From positions 67,704,001 to 67,768,000 of the forward strand of contig OX597818.1 in the NCBI GenBank assembly GCA_951406725.2: a DNA stretch of 64,000 nt. Reading direction: 5' to 3'. The stretch comes from Octopus vulgaris. Lineage: Eukaryota. Below are positions 27,330 to 40,085 of the stretch, piece by piece. The notes beneath the pieces are model-generated. The model saw only the letters and a program-made list of their open reading frames with translations. It searched no databases and had not been told where the DNA came from. Positions within the stretch are counted from its first letter, which is position 1, and the number at the start of each line of letters is the position of its first letter. The position numbers were made by a program, and so were the translations under genes.

Positions 27330-28280
27330 ATGAAGGAAAACCCATATGTACGCTCAATTTCTGTTTAAATTTCTTTTTATTATCATTTAATGCTGCCTTA
27401 CTTTGTTATTCAGCGAATTTTCGCTACATGTGAACTACATGTGGTTACTGACGCAACGATAAAAATTAACTTGGCAGAAATAAAGAGATGTGCCACTGAT
27501 TGGTCTGAATGTTCACTATCAAGCATTTGGTTATTTGTGATACAAATTCATGGAAATTATTGTTAGCAGTGGATGCAATCGGGAGTGCTTAGAACCCACT
27601 TGTGTGAGACAAGGATATTCTGCCTCACGTATGATTTGTCAACTTCGTTGCTTACCAAGGTGCTACGGTTGATTTGAGCGGATGAATATTTTCTAGAGCA
27701 TTTTCTTCGTGTGACTTTAAATCGAAATTGTCTCGCGTCTCTTGTCCCTTGCGAATATTAACTTTTCTAAGATCTGAAGTATCTAAGTCGCCCACTCAAA
27801 CACCGACTATTTCCGTTATTTACGCTGTTTAACGCAGAGTTTTCTCAAACCGAATACTAGAATACAATCAAACTTGATCTGTCTGTAAATGTTCTCATCA
27901 GATGTCACTGCTTTGTCGTTGATACATGACGTTTCGAATGGTAGAAAGTGTCAATATGTACTTACCATTTTAGGACGTATCGTAGAAATTGACTGCAATT
28001 CTGAATATAGTGAAAAGTAGGGTCTAGAGATCTCACTTTCAGACGGGGTTATTGCAGTAGAGTACAACAGAACAATAATTGACCAAATTTTCTTTGACCT
28101 GCGGCAGAGAGTATCAATGTATGACATGTGTGACCTTCGAGTGTAGAGTACAACATATCGTAACAGCGGTAGCAAAAACAATAACATTATCAGTACGGTT
28201 TGCGCTTGAAATTTGTAGGAGAATTAGTAGAGTTACTCCTTATTCCCTCGTAACCCGTGAGGTTGATGAAGGAACTTTTA
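27330..28280 (-). pseudogene. Decayed Penelope-like RT remnant
   Basis: Minus-strand PIAS (RPIVS-like) near 27575 and FKQKLSVHMGFPS (Q..G..MG.P-like) near 27350. Confidence 0.4.
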
Positions 28281-28444
28281 AAACTTAATTTTTATATTCT
28301 GTGTAGCGTATACGAAATATTTTCGCAGTTTTACAAAGACTGGTGTATTTATCACCTTAGTCTCCTGGCTGTGGACAGCTGACACGTTCCATCATACCCA
28401 GCAAAATAACCTTTGAGTTTTCATATAATAATCCTTTATGTTAT

Positions 28445-28635
28445 CGGCACAAATCAGCAATTTGGAGGGTGTGCGGGTCTGATCTATTATATTGCTTAAC
28501 TAGTGTCTATTTTTTTTCCGAAAGGATGCAAGGCAAAGTCTACTTCAGCGTCTTTTGACAGACGAAAGACAGCGTTAAGACAAACGAAATTCTGCTAACC
28601 ATTTGCCTGGCATACAAACGGCTCTGACACCATGC
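28445..28635 (-). mobile_element. Degenerate SINE family A
   Basis: CCGAAAGGATGCAAGGCAAAGTCTACTTCAGCG. Confidence 0.6.
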
Positions 28636-28639
28636 CGCT

Positions 28640-29032
28640 TTGTGCTCTATAAGTGATGTTGCGTGCCGCTTTGACCCACGAATATTCAAGAAGGAAGGCA
28701 AAAAAGTAGACATATACAATCCTCTTATATATGTGATAGCTCGACTGAAGAAGCTGAAGAAGATGAAGATTGTGCCAGCTGTTGTCAGGTCCTTCAGGAC
28801 TGTATCAGAAGACATCACGTTCAAAATGAATATAAAAGAAATGGGAATATGGTGGCCAGTCGAGATAATGCAAAACGTTTGCCTCATTGACACAGCCAGA
28901 ATCACCAGGAAATTATAAAGTATTTGAAAAGAACAGATAGCACGGTATCGTAGGCTTCAGGTAGTAATCTTGCAATACGCATGTGAGTCTCCGGGAGTTC
29001 CAACAAACCTCGGCTACAAAACGTTAGTAATA
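28640..29032 (+). mobile_element. Old R4/Dong 3' fragment (RLE endonuclease C-terminus plus 3'UTR)
   Basis: ORF SDVACRFDPRIFKKE..KIVPAVV..MQNVCLIDTARITRKL aligns to the C-terminus of the 11302 ORF (IDMSIPCD..IPVIVGALG..VQKIVLTGTSHVLRRAL); ends near TAGTAATAAT. Confidence 0.75.
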
Positions 29033-29809
29033 ATGCTTTCGTGTTTTTGCACAAATCCAGAAATGTCTGGGGAGGGATAAGTCGAGAAAATTGACCTCTG
29101 TGCTCAACTAGTACTTATTTTATCGACCCGGCAAAGATGAAAGTAAAGTTAACTACAGCGGACTTTGAACGTACGGAGCCAGAACAAACAATAAAAACAT
29201 TGTTAACACCAACTAATTATCCTCCCCTTTTTATCATAATCATGAGAATGATGAAGACGATGACGACGACATTGCTGATGTTATTGACGATGTTAATGAT
29301 GATGACGATGATGCTGATACCCACGGGTGGTGTGTGAATGAGAGAATATATTTGGGTGTACTTTCTAGTAAACACATGGGTTTCCATATTTACTCTCACG
29401 TGGTCTCATAGCAAATCTTGTGCTCCATAACAGATCCAAGCAATTCCATTCAAAGCTATTCAACAACAACAATAACGGCATCAACATCAACAATAGCCGC
29501 AACAACAACGAACAGCAAACGGGTAGAAAGATGTCACTTGCTCACCTCGTTCGGGAACAATTCCTTTTTAATCCATTAAGATCTGACAAGTTGTGCAGTT
29601 GGAGTTATTGATATTTTGCGATTGACAATAAATGCCGTGTGACATTGTGTTACGTCCAATTAGAGTTTTGTTTTAAATGACGTCTTCAGATCGATTTAGC
29701 CTTTCGTCTCTCTCTCGGCTTGATACGATAAATTTCAGAGAAAATTAACATTGAGGGTGGGGGCTGGGGAAATTTCGTCCTCTGTACTCGTAGCCAAAAT
29801 AAGTATAGC

Positions 29810-29977
29810 TATTATCATCATCATCATCATCATCATCATCAACATCATCATCATTATTATTATCATCATCGTCGTCGTCATTGGCATCATATACTCCATC
29901 GCCATTGTTATAATAATAATAATAATAATAACAACAACAACAACAATAATAATAATAATATAGCAACAACAATAACA

Positions 29978-30065
<88 letters not shown>
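29810..30065. repeat. (CAT)n/(TAA)n/(CAA)n microsatellite
   Basis: Visible. Confidence 0.95.
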
Positions 30066-30066
<1 letters not shown>

Positions 30067-30202
30067 GGAAGAGGTGTTACCTTAGTTCACTGGTAGTGAA
30101 CAACTGACACGGTAGTACATCTTCAGCGTTAGAAGCTGTGCATAGAAAATAGTAATAATAATGATAATGATGATTATGATGATGATGATGACGACGATGA
30201 TG

Positions 30203-30368
30203 CAGTACCTGGCAGTGGCTCTCATGGCTTCTGATATTAACTGATTGGAAGTGTTATCATGTACATTGTTTTGTCTTGGTATAAAAGATGGGCTACAGCA
30301 AATATTCTGCTGAACACCACAGATTTGCTTGTCAGTTGTTTGACCTTAACCAGTTGAGCATGTCCCAT
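30203..30368 (+). mobile_element. Family D repeat, 5' part
   Basis: Homologous to 1305-1378 on the opposite strand. Confidence 0.6.
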
Positions 30369-30569
30369 TGGAGGTGTACAGGTTCAAATTTCAAGAAGAC
30401 ATTCCCAGCATTCATCCAATGGAGAATTATGTTATAGGAATATGTGTATAATCAAAATAATTCACATCGACTTTTCTTTTTTCTTACTAGTAAACATCGT
30501 ACTATTATTACTATACCATTATAGGAAAAGAAAAAAAGGTATTAATATGAATCTTATCTTGATAATCTC

Positions 30570-30980
30570 TTATAGTGTTTAAAAGGTTTATAAAACCTAT
30601 GTGTACATGTGGATAATGCTTCTAGTTGGCAATTAATGAAATTATTTTGTTTATATAATAATATGTACAGCAATTCCTTTGTACAAAGACGGCAGATAGA
30701 AGATTTATGTGTATACGGTATAGCTGAGTAAATGATTGACCAGGATAACTTATAGTTTACGTTTTTTGTTTGAGATTATATATATAGGTAGCAAATGAAG
30801 TATTCGGTTTAAATGAATATATATATGCTAAAATCTTTTCTTAAAGTTAGTAGAGCTCCCTATATATACCATATTGTGGTGAGTTATCAGTTTTTGTAAC
30901 AATGCACTTCTTTTACCACGGATGTATATTTTCCTCGAAAATTTTTAGCACAAGTTTGCACCAACGCATATCTACGTAAC
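30570..30980 (-). pseudogene. Penelope-like GIY-YIG endonuclease remnant
   Basis: Minus strand reads KCIVTK..NMVYIGSSTNFKKRF..TSFATYIYNLKQK..LSWSIIYSAIPY..CRLCTKELLYI..NCQLEALSTCTH, the typical PLE C-terminal pattern. Confidence 0.8.
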
Positions 30981-31063
30981 TTTTAAACAATATCTTTAAA
31001 CAACAACTTTTTCACATATTTTTAAATAGCATTCGATTGGCTACACGGAAATTAACCCTGATT

Positions 31064-31150
31064 CCCGCTGACGATCGGATGTATTACCTAATAATGATTA
31101 TCAATTTTAGATTCCATTTCTAAGGGAAATGCATTCACGAAACGTTCGTA
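31064..31150 (+). ncRNA. Hammerhead-like motif with extended stem II, antisense to the adjacent Penelope ORF
   Basis: CG-CTGACGA-..GGATGTATT[loop]AATGCATTC..-GAAA-CGTT-CG; palindromic AACGTT. Confidence 0.5.
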
Positions 31151-31314
31151 AGATATTTTAAACTTTTAATCTTTTAAATAGTCATACTTCTTTATATTTC
31201 TATATCTAACTATTAATACAATATTATTTGGAGTATATCGTCTGTGATGATTTTTTTATGTAAGTTTCCTGCTCTTATATAATATAATATAATATAATAT
31301 ATATATATATACAC

Positions 31315-31371
<57 letters not shown>

Positions 31372-32439
31372 TATGTCTTTGCATGCCTCAAATGCGCGGA
31401 ATGTCGTTCATGTGAAGGCGTGCCGTTTCGATGGTTCATTATAATTGTTTTGTATCATTACCAAGGTTACCGAGAGTAACAGTATATTCCGAGGGGAATT
31501 CATAATTATGAACCTCGGGTGTAAAGGTTCAAATCCCTGCAAATTTCTAAGTGTTTTAACAATTCTGTCAACATTTCAATTTTTGATAGCACTATATTTA
31601 TGGCAGAAGAGCAGATTTCTTTTGCGAAAACTTCGTTGGACAATGGCATTTCACAATCGACGATATCATTTCAAGAAATTCAAGAGCGTAAATAACTGTT
31701 CATTATATTGGATGATTTATTGAAATTTCTCCATACAATGTCATGAATTACGTTAATGAATCCTGTAATGAATTACCATAACTAATTGAAACTTGCTTTA
31801 GGTGAAGATTTTAAAAACAAATACTTTTATTATTCCAATGAAATTAATTCTTGCAGCAAATTCCTTCCCAATACTAAAGGAATCAAGTTTATTCAGCTTC
31901 TCCTGTGTCATCGTGTTCCTCTACACTCGTTTGACATGCTTTTTTTCGCTGAAAGTTTTCACGACGCGTGTTATTGTTATTCATGATCCATCATCAAAAT
32001 TTGATACATACATTGTTCGAAGTCCCTCATTATCTGTAACGTGGCTTATTTTCATAACCTGATGCATGTTATATTTATCGACAGTAAATATATGCTTCTT
32101 TGTATAATTTTACTTACGTGAAATTTCTGAGACATCAGAACCCTGACAACAACAATTTTTGATGCGTATCCAAAACTACGTATCTCCATAATCATGCTTC
32201 TGGCGCCGGCGCTTGTCTTTTTAAATAAAAATTGCAAATTGTACTTGAAATTTCGATTCCTTATGACACTTGATCAAAAGAGTGCATGAAAAATTTGCTG
32301 ATCCGCATCACTAGAATAGAATGATACTTCAAACTGCATTTAGCTATATTTGACAGCCGTTATTTAATCCAATTTTTAGTTTGATAACATCAAGAACTGG
32401 ACGATACTATCATACATTTAATGTATAAGAATGGCAGAA

Positions 32440-33250
32440 AAAACCCCAAATGATGATCCTTGGTATTAAAACTTCTGAGAGCAGATGTCGCAATACGAAT
32501 GAAAGAATTTCATCTAAGATATGATCCGATGAAATCTATGCAGTTGTCAATATCTGAGGTTGAGATGTTCTCAAGAAAAGCACAATGAACATAAATCTCT
32601 TCATTATTTCATTGTGAAGCTCAAATGTTTTTAACCTCTTTGATTAGGTGTGGGTTGCAACGACACAGCAGTTCGATGATACGATAGGCCAGCGGCTCCC
32701 CACAAGGATCCATAGGGCCTTGAGAGAGATGTCCTTGTAAGATTTCGTTGTTGAAATTTATATACTAGAAACTTGCTTATACTTGTAGAGTACAGCAAAG
32801 AGTTTAATAATTATTTATAAGTTCCTAATAGTTTTTAATTATAAAATTGCAACAGTACCTTCTTATAGATATCGAATGGTTATGGATGTCCATTGAATAG
32901 AACAGGAATCACAAGTGTTCATAGGCAAACGATGTTTAAGAGCCACGACTATACACATTCAAGTTATGACTGTCCTCAATCCCCTTGGGGTGAGCCATAT
33001 AAAGATATTACTTACCTAATGAAAATTACTACATTTCTTTCCTTTTAAAAATAATTCGCCCTTTTCCAATCACGTTCGAGATTTAGAAAATACTTTTCTT
33101 ATCCAGTCAAAAGGTAAGAAATGCTTAGTTTTCTTTTTATGACTATTGCAACAATTCATTACGATATCCCGGAGAAAGACATTTATGTCAATATTTCTTA
33201 ATTCTTTTCAAGCACAAGTTTGAATCGCTATGATGAAATGACAATCATCA
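32440..33250 (-). pseudogene. Possible hAT (Charlie/Buster-like) transposase remnant
   Basis: Minus-strand CxxH-like motif near 33240 and C-terminal IRIATS near 32490; degraded. Confidence 0.35.
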
Positions 33251-33330
33251 CTCAGAACACGGCTTTTTAAACTCTAATTTGCCGTAATTAAGCAGGCTTA
33301 TGACGAGTGGCTTATTATTATTGTATTGTT

Positions 33331-33505
33331 TGTGGAGGCGCAATGGCCCAGGGGCTAGGGCAGCGGTCTTACTGTTGGAGGATCGCGGTTTCGATTCCCA
33401 GACCGGGCGTTGTTTGTGTTTATTGAGAGAAAACACCTAAATCTCCACGACGCTCCGGCCTATGAGCCTGGCTAGGCTTGAAAAGGGCGCATAAAGAAAA
33501 AAATT
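33331..33505 (+). mobile_element. tRNA-derived SINE family C, internally deleted
   Basis: TGTGGAGGCGCAATGGCCCAG..GGTTTCGATTCCCAGACCGGGCG; Pol III A and B boxes. Confidence 0.85.
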
Positions 33506-34279
33506 GTATCGTTTATCACTAATTACAGTAACCAATATTCCTTATATTTATGATAGAATGGTATAACTTAATATCCGGCTGCTATGTCTAGCGGCTTCAG
33601 AGTACATGCAGACTTCTTGGTTAGAGAAAAGAATGCATTGTTCGAGATTGCAGTGAGTTGGTATTGTACTTGCACTGTATGCTATATATGTGAAGCTAAA
33701 TATGAATGTGCGCATGCGTGAGTGCATATGCGTGCGAGTGTGTGATTTCATGTGAGGATGTGTGTCAGTGCATATATATGTGTGTCCGTTGTTGTTTTCG
33801 TTCTGATTATGTCACCAAGCATTCAATTGTAAAGTAGTGCAGCGTTTTGTGAAATGTTATTGAATTCAGAGCAAACAAGAGCCGATCCAGTCGAAATATT
33901 TGAATGGATGTCAGCGAACAATAAATCAGAAGAGAATTTAAGCACCAAACGAAATTCAGTTGAAATAGGCGGAAACATCCTTCAACGTTTATTTTCGTAA
34001 ATGACGAAGCATTCAGGCAAAATGGAATCTTTCATTGAGTGAATAAACTGCACTGCAGATGGCGCTACAAGATGATCATAAATTTGAAAATCTTGCCGCA
34101 ATCTTGTGGCACTTGGTGCAAAATATTTGGCAGGTAAACTTTAAAATCAATCATATTCATGTGTGTTTGTTTTGAGTTCTGTTTATTCCTGTCGGTCTAT
34201 CTCTGTCTCTCACACACACACTCTCTTCCTATCTATGTATTGATGTCTCTCTCTCTTTCTCTCTCTCTCTCTCTTGTAC

Positions 34280-34310
<31 letters not shown>

Positions 34311-34742
34311 CTTTCTATCTATATTTATATGCATATATGCGTATATATACTACATAGGATTATAGATTTCATATTATAGCTACATAGGTACATACATACA
34401 TATATAAATATAGACACATATATATATATATATACATACATACATACATATATATATATATGTGCGCGTGTGTGTGTGTGTGTACATAATGGAAAACTAA
34501 GGAGAAAAAAGTGAAAATACACACTGGATATACAAAAGATAAAAGCTTTATTCTAATTTTTTTTTATATCCAGCGTGCATTTTCGCTTTTTTCCCCCATC
34601 TACCACGCGTAATTTATTTTTCTCTTTGAAATGTATTTCTATTATATATATATATATATATGATAGAAATGTAACCGCTTTTGTATGGTTGCAGATTTTC
34701 TTCCTCCGTCTTCCCTTCTTCCCTTCCTTTGGACTTTCCGCT

Positions 34743-34778
34743 GTTTCTGACGAAGAGCCTTGGCTCGAAACTTTAAAT
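34743..34778 (+). ncRNA. Minimal hammerhead-like motif within a Penelope-derived repeat (about 34660-34845)
   Basis: TTT-CTGACGA-A-GAGC(CTTG)GCTC-GAAA-CTTT-AAA; stem III mutated. Confidence 0.55.
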
Positions 34779-35029
34779 CGTATTTCCTTTCTTTCATGAG
34801 CGTCTGATAATACAGTACTTGTACCACGTCCTCGCGTTATTGTTTAGATTCACTATGCACACACATACACACACACACACATGTGTGGATAGGTAGGTGA
34901 AACGATATAAACGATATGAACCTCTCTTGCCATCTTATTCCAGTAATTATGTCTACGTCTACATAGTCAGAGTTACTGTTGAAATATATGATCCATGATT
35001 CGTGTAAATGTAAATTATATATCTATATA

Positions 35030-35068
<39 letters not shown>

Positions 35069-35807
35069 TGACCTTTCTCTATTTCACAGCATATATTTAT
35101 AGATATAGATACAGATATATACATTCACGAACACAATTTATATATGTTTGCCTGTATGCATGTGTGTAAGTGTGTATGTATGTATGTGTATACGTACGGT
35201 TGTAGTATCAATATATGTGTATATATCCATGTATAAATACACCCCCCTCTCCGCCTACACCCACATATATAATTCAGTGTTTAGTCTGAGTGATGCATCG
35301 CCATTCTTAATTTCTCGTTTCCGGTCCTCATCTGCCTGTTAACCGGAAACGAAAATACTCTGAGTTCCGACTCAGAACGATTTTGCTTTGAATAAATAAT
35401 CATTTCACCCTACTTAAAAGTATTGAATACCTTTTCGTTTAATCGCTATTCACAGCAGTATACACCTATTTATATATACTTGCTTGTGTGTGTGTGCGTG
35501 TGTGTATGTGTGTGTGTGCGTGTGTGTGTGAGTGAATGTGCTTGATTGTGCGCTCGCGTTTATGTCTGTGTGTTGTATATGCGCGTTGTTATACATATAT
35601 GATTTTCAGTTATTCACATCTGCAAGTACACACACATGTATATATGTGTATAAGTAGTTATTCATTTCTATATTTGCGTACTTACATCATATATATATAT
35701 ATGTATGGGTGTAAAGACATGTATGTATTTATATATGCATGTATATATACATAATATACATATTTATATCTATGCGTTAATATATGTATATATATATATA
35801 TATATAT

Positions 35808-36097
35808 ATCACGTGATCACGTGACCGACCAGACCCATCAGATGTTGCTACATATCGCTGGTCACAATGCGTTCGCATTGTTTTAGCCTTCGAACGACGC
35901 CACCCCGCTGGCTAAGCGAGCAGGCCAACAGAAGAAAGAGAGAAAAAGTACAGCAGGGTTCACCACCCACTGCCGAAGCCTCGTGGAGCTTTAGGTGTTT
36001 TCGCTCAATGAACACACACAAAGCCCGATCTGGGAATCGAAACCGCGATCCTACGACTGCGAGTCCGCTGCCCTAACCACTAGACCATTGCGCCTCC

Positions 36098-36099
<2 letters not shown>
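35808..36099 (-). mobile_element. SINE family C
   Basis: Reverse complement of TGTGGAGGCGCAATGGTCTAGTGGTTAGGGCAGCGGACTCGC.. Confidence 0.88.
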
Positions 36100-36146
<47 letters not shown>

Positions 36147-36185
36147 CCATATATGTATGTATATGTATGTATATATATATATATA

Positions 36186-36227
<42 letters not shown>

Positions 36228-36352
36228 TATACATACATACATCCACGAATGTATATAACCATATATACACAGCGAGAGAGAGGGAGGGAAAGAGGGAAAT
36301 ACCGATAAACTGACAGATAGATAGATAGATAGATTGATAGCTAAATAGATAG

Positions 36353-36389
<37 letters not shown>

Positions 36390-36424
36390 CAGGTAGATAG
36401 ATAGATAGATAGATTGATAGCTAA

Positions 36425-36508
<84 letters not shown>

Positions 36509-36509
36509 G

Positions 36510-36593
<84 letters not shown>
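36100..36593. repeat. (TA)n, (GATA)n and (GA)n block
   Basis: Visible. Confidence 0.95.
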
Positions 36594-36597
<4 letters not shown>

Positions 36598-37520
36598 TGG
36601 CTTTTGAACCGACCCGTGTATCTCTCAAAAGAAACTACTACTTGGAAGTGAACGATTATAGTTAATGCATGCCTGTTGCTATCCAAAGTCATGTAATAAA
36701 ACCTACAGAAATAATAGAACGCACCAATTGCGTTAAGAAATCTATGAAATTTCTAAGACAACACATTCTTTTATCATAATTGAATAACGGAAAGTCTCTA
36801 AACAAAAGGAGGCAGGTGGTACAAAAACGTCATATAAAGATTATTAAATCAGATGCTCGAAGATGAGTTTTAAAAGCTGTAATACAACGTGTTCGGTAGC
36901 GCAACCTGTTTCATGTGATTTGGTTTCTTATTTGAGATATTAAATTATTTGGGCGAAATAGAAAATATGTAAATGCTAAGAATTTATTGAGCAAGGGAGA
37001 AGTGTAAGAATTGTGGGATTAAAATCGATGTATGCCTCAGGTAAATTTATGCGGTGCTTCTATATATTCAGCTGCGCACCAAAGTGGTGAATAATTTAAT
37101 TTTCACCCTTAAATAACTAATTCTTGTCAACAACGTCAAGGGAGACAAAACATAATTATATGAGCGGACTGGTGAGGATAATCTGTGCTTAGCATGTATT
37201 GTTGTTTAATTAAGCAGTGAAGCAGCAATGCATTGAACAGATTTTAAGATCTAACGTAATCCAGTCACGACCACTACGTCTTCTTGTACATTATACAATG
37301 CTTCGCTCCAACGTTTTAGAATACGGTCCCTCATTTGAGGGCCACATTCGGCTGCTATATTTAGCTAGGTGACAAACAGAATAACATGAAGTTCCCAGAC
37401 TTGGACATCGGCAACCATTGGGGCAAGAAAGATTATATTAAGCACTCATTTCACGTTAAAATTATTAGATTTACTCTTAAAGACAATTTTAAATAAATGT
37501 GTGTATGTATATATGAGGTG

Positions 37521-37872
37521 TGTGGAGGCGCAACGGCCCAATGGTTAGGGCAGTGGACTCGCGGTCGTTGGATCGCGGTTTCGATTCCCAGACCGGGCGT
37601 TGTGAGTATTTGTTGAGCGAAAACACCTAAAGCCCCTCGAGGCTCTGGCAGAAATTGGTGGTGAACCATGCTGTATTCTTTCACCACAACTTTCACTCTT
37701 TCTTCCTGTTTCTGTTGTATCTGTATTTCAATAGGCCAATCTTGTCACACGCCGTGTCACGCTGATTTTCCCCGAGAACTACGTTAAGGGTACACATGTC
37801 TGTGGAGTGATCAGTCACAAGTTAATTTCACGAGCAGCCTGTTCCGCGGTTCCGTCGTAACCGACGGAGAAC
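37521..37872 (+). mobile_element. SINE family C, near full length
   Basis: tRNA-like head followed by body AACACCTAAAG..GAACTACGTTAAGGGTACAC. Confidence 0.88.
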
Positions 37873-38659
37873 CATGTTTGAGCGTGTATGATTGAAAATC
37901 CTCCAATTTCAAATATCATTCATCAAATTCCAAGAAAAAATAGCCAAGTAGAAAAAAAAACGCAACTGTCCATATCAAAACTGGCAAGAGCACATTGGAT
38001 TATTTTTGTTCTAAAATATAATTTTAGAAAAACACTTAGTGTTAATAACCCCTAAACTACGTCACGATCACAGCTAGAATGATCTGATTGTAATTTCTTG
38101 AAGGCTGACATTAACGATGAGAACACAAACACATGTCATTGAAGTCATTTCAGAAAGTTCTGAATATTCACTAAACTTCCTTGAAATAACAACGCAAAAC
38201 AACCTACCGGAGGAGCGTTGGTCACCTCTAGAACGGCATTGATTATAGCTCTACTTAATAAAGTTTAATTAATGAGGGAATAAAAACATTATCAACAAAT
38301 GCAAGGCATCGACGTCTGCATGATTATCCTACTTGCTAGACATAGCAGTCAAATCCATTTCAAAGCAAATTCTAACGTTTTACTGCAAGGAGAGAAACAA
38401 GGTCGCATAACGTGTCCAGAACTAATTTCAAGAGCAGGACGGGATGGCAGACATGGACGGAATCACTTTTATAAATAATATCATCCATCATCAATCACGT
38501 TGGTATTCAATAACACCAACAACAATAATAAAAACCCTAACAAAAAAAAACAATAAAACTTTATAGTTTGTTATTTTCCTGTCAAGAAACAAAAAAAACT
38601 ACTCCTCTGGAATCATTAGTTTAAATTTTTAGTAAACATCATATTTATAGTTATATATT

Positions 38660-38790
38660 TATTTTGCGTTACTCTTAGAAGCGGTGCGCAGTACCAGAAT
38701 TTATTATTAATATATCCACCGGAATATGGTATAGTGGTTATGAGCGCGGGCTACTAACGCCAAGATTCCGAGTTCGATTCCAAGCAGTAA

Positions 38791-38851
<61 letters not shown>

Positions 38852-38924
38852 ATACCATATTCCCGTGGATATAGTAATAATAAATTCTGGTACTGCGCAC
38901 CGCTTCTTAGAGTAACGCAAAATA
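38660..38924. repeat. 75-bp inverted duplication (38660-38735 and 38849-38924) enclosing a tRNA-like head and (TAA)n
   Basis: ATTTTGCGTTACTC..GCGGTGCGCAGTACCAGAATTTATTATTA..GGAATATGGTATAGT and its reverse complement, about 3 mismatches. Confidence 0.9.
38716..38794 (+). mobile_element. tRNA-like Pol III head of composite element E, followed by (TAA)n
   Basis: A box TGGTATAGTGG, anticodon-like arm GGGCTACTAACGCC, B box GAGTTCGATTCC; homologous to 41374-41439. Confidence 0.75.
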
Positions 38925-39133
38925 CGCAAAATACTCTCTATGTAATCCCATGGTTTAAAACAAACTTTTTTTTTAAATTTATGTATTAGACATTCACTAG
39001 TACAACACCAAAAAAACCCCAAATATATGGCACACTAGACATAACAACAACATGAACTTCCAACCTGTTGTCTCTTGAGGTCTCTGGGTGTGACTTGGAG
39101 CCAACTTGTACAGACATAAAGCAAAAGTCAAAC

Positions 39134-39137
<4 letters not shown>
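38924..39137 (+). mobile_element. Extremely 5'-truncated R4/Dong insertion (last codons plus 3'UTR)
   Basis: CGCAAAATACTCTCTATGTAA encodes RKILSM*, paralleling RRALSM*; 3'UTR hairpin, then (TAA)n. Confidence 0.7.
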
Positions 39138-39202
<65 letters not shown>

Positions 39203-39305
39203 CAACAACAACAACAACAACAATCATAATGATAATAATAACAACAACAACAACAACATCGACAAATACCTTAGGAATGAGAACCCAAGTTCGAAATTTC
39301 CCCAA

Positions 39306-39351
39306 GAAACCTGATGAATGCTGGAATGTATATCAGCCGAAATGTTGTGTT
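39306..39351 (+). ncRNA. Minimal type I hammerhead-like motif in the 3' part of element E (about 39256-39440)
   Basis: AC-CTGATGA-A-TGCTG(GAATGTATAT)CAGCC-GAAA-TGTT-GTGTT. Confidence 0.65.
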
Positions 39352-40052
39352 AACAACAAACAAAAAGAGGACAAATATCCGTCAAATGTAAATAATATAA
39401 ATAACGTACATAATTCCTCGTCTCTTAAAAATATAGAACTGTATTTCTCCCAGCGTTCTCTATTATCTTCTCGTTCTGGTCTTACGACCCTCCATATTTG
39501 TTTTTGTTCGGTTTCCTTGTATGTTTCCACTGTCCTGTTTTTGTTCCCAGCTTTGACCCTCAATAAATCCAAAATAGTATTTTGGAATTAATGGGAGCAA
39601 CTCATATTGTCGTTGAATGCTCGAAATGAGGAATAGATAGACAGCCGACAACTGATGAAATGTCGTTGTTTGTGTTACTTGTCCTGTTTATTTGACTTAT
39701 TTGTTTTCGTACTTCGTGTGTTTACAGAGTCGGCGAAGGCCTGTGCCCATATATGCATATATAAAGTGTCTATCAAAGTCTTGCTGACGAACCTTAAAAA
39801 TCGTTTCGTTTTTGATAAGGATTAAATGCTTATAGCGATTATTCACTTATTCTCTCCAGCCAATTAATATTATGCGTACAGGTGCACCATATGTCACATA
39901 TCAAACGCCACGTTAAAGCTAAGTAACGTAGAATACAGTGTTTTGCTGAAGAAGGCATCTGCCGCTCCGGGAATCGCAGCCACGTTCTTGCGACAATGAG
40001 TGGAATGCTTTGGTCACAATAGTAGATACATACATATATGCATGAACCTCTC

Positions 40053-40085
<33 letters not shown>

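Noticed and set aside
33331-33402. tRNA genes at SINE heads (also 36030, 37521, 38716, 50231, 60940)
   Set aside because: Acceptor stems do not pair and each continues into a repeat body; these are tRNA-derived, not functional tRNAs
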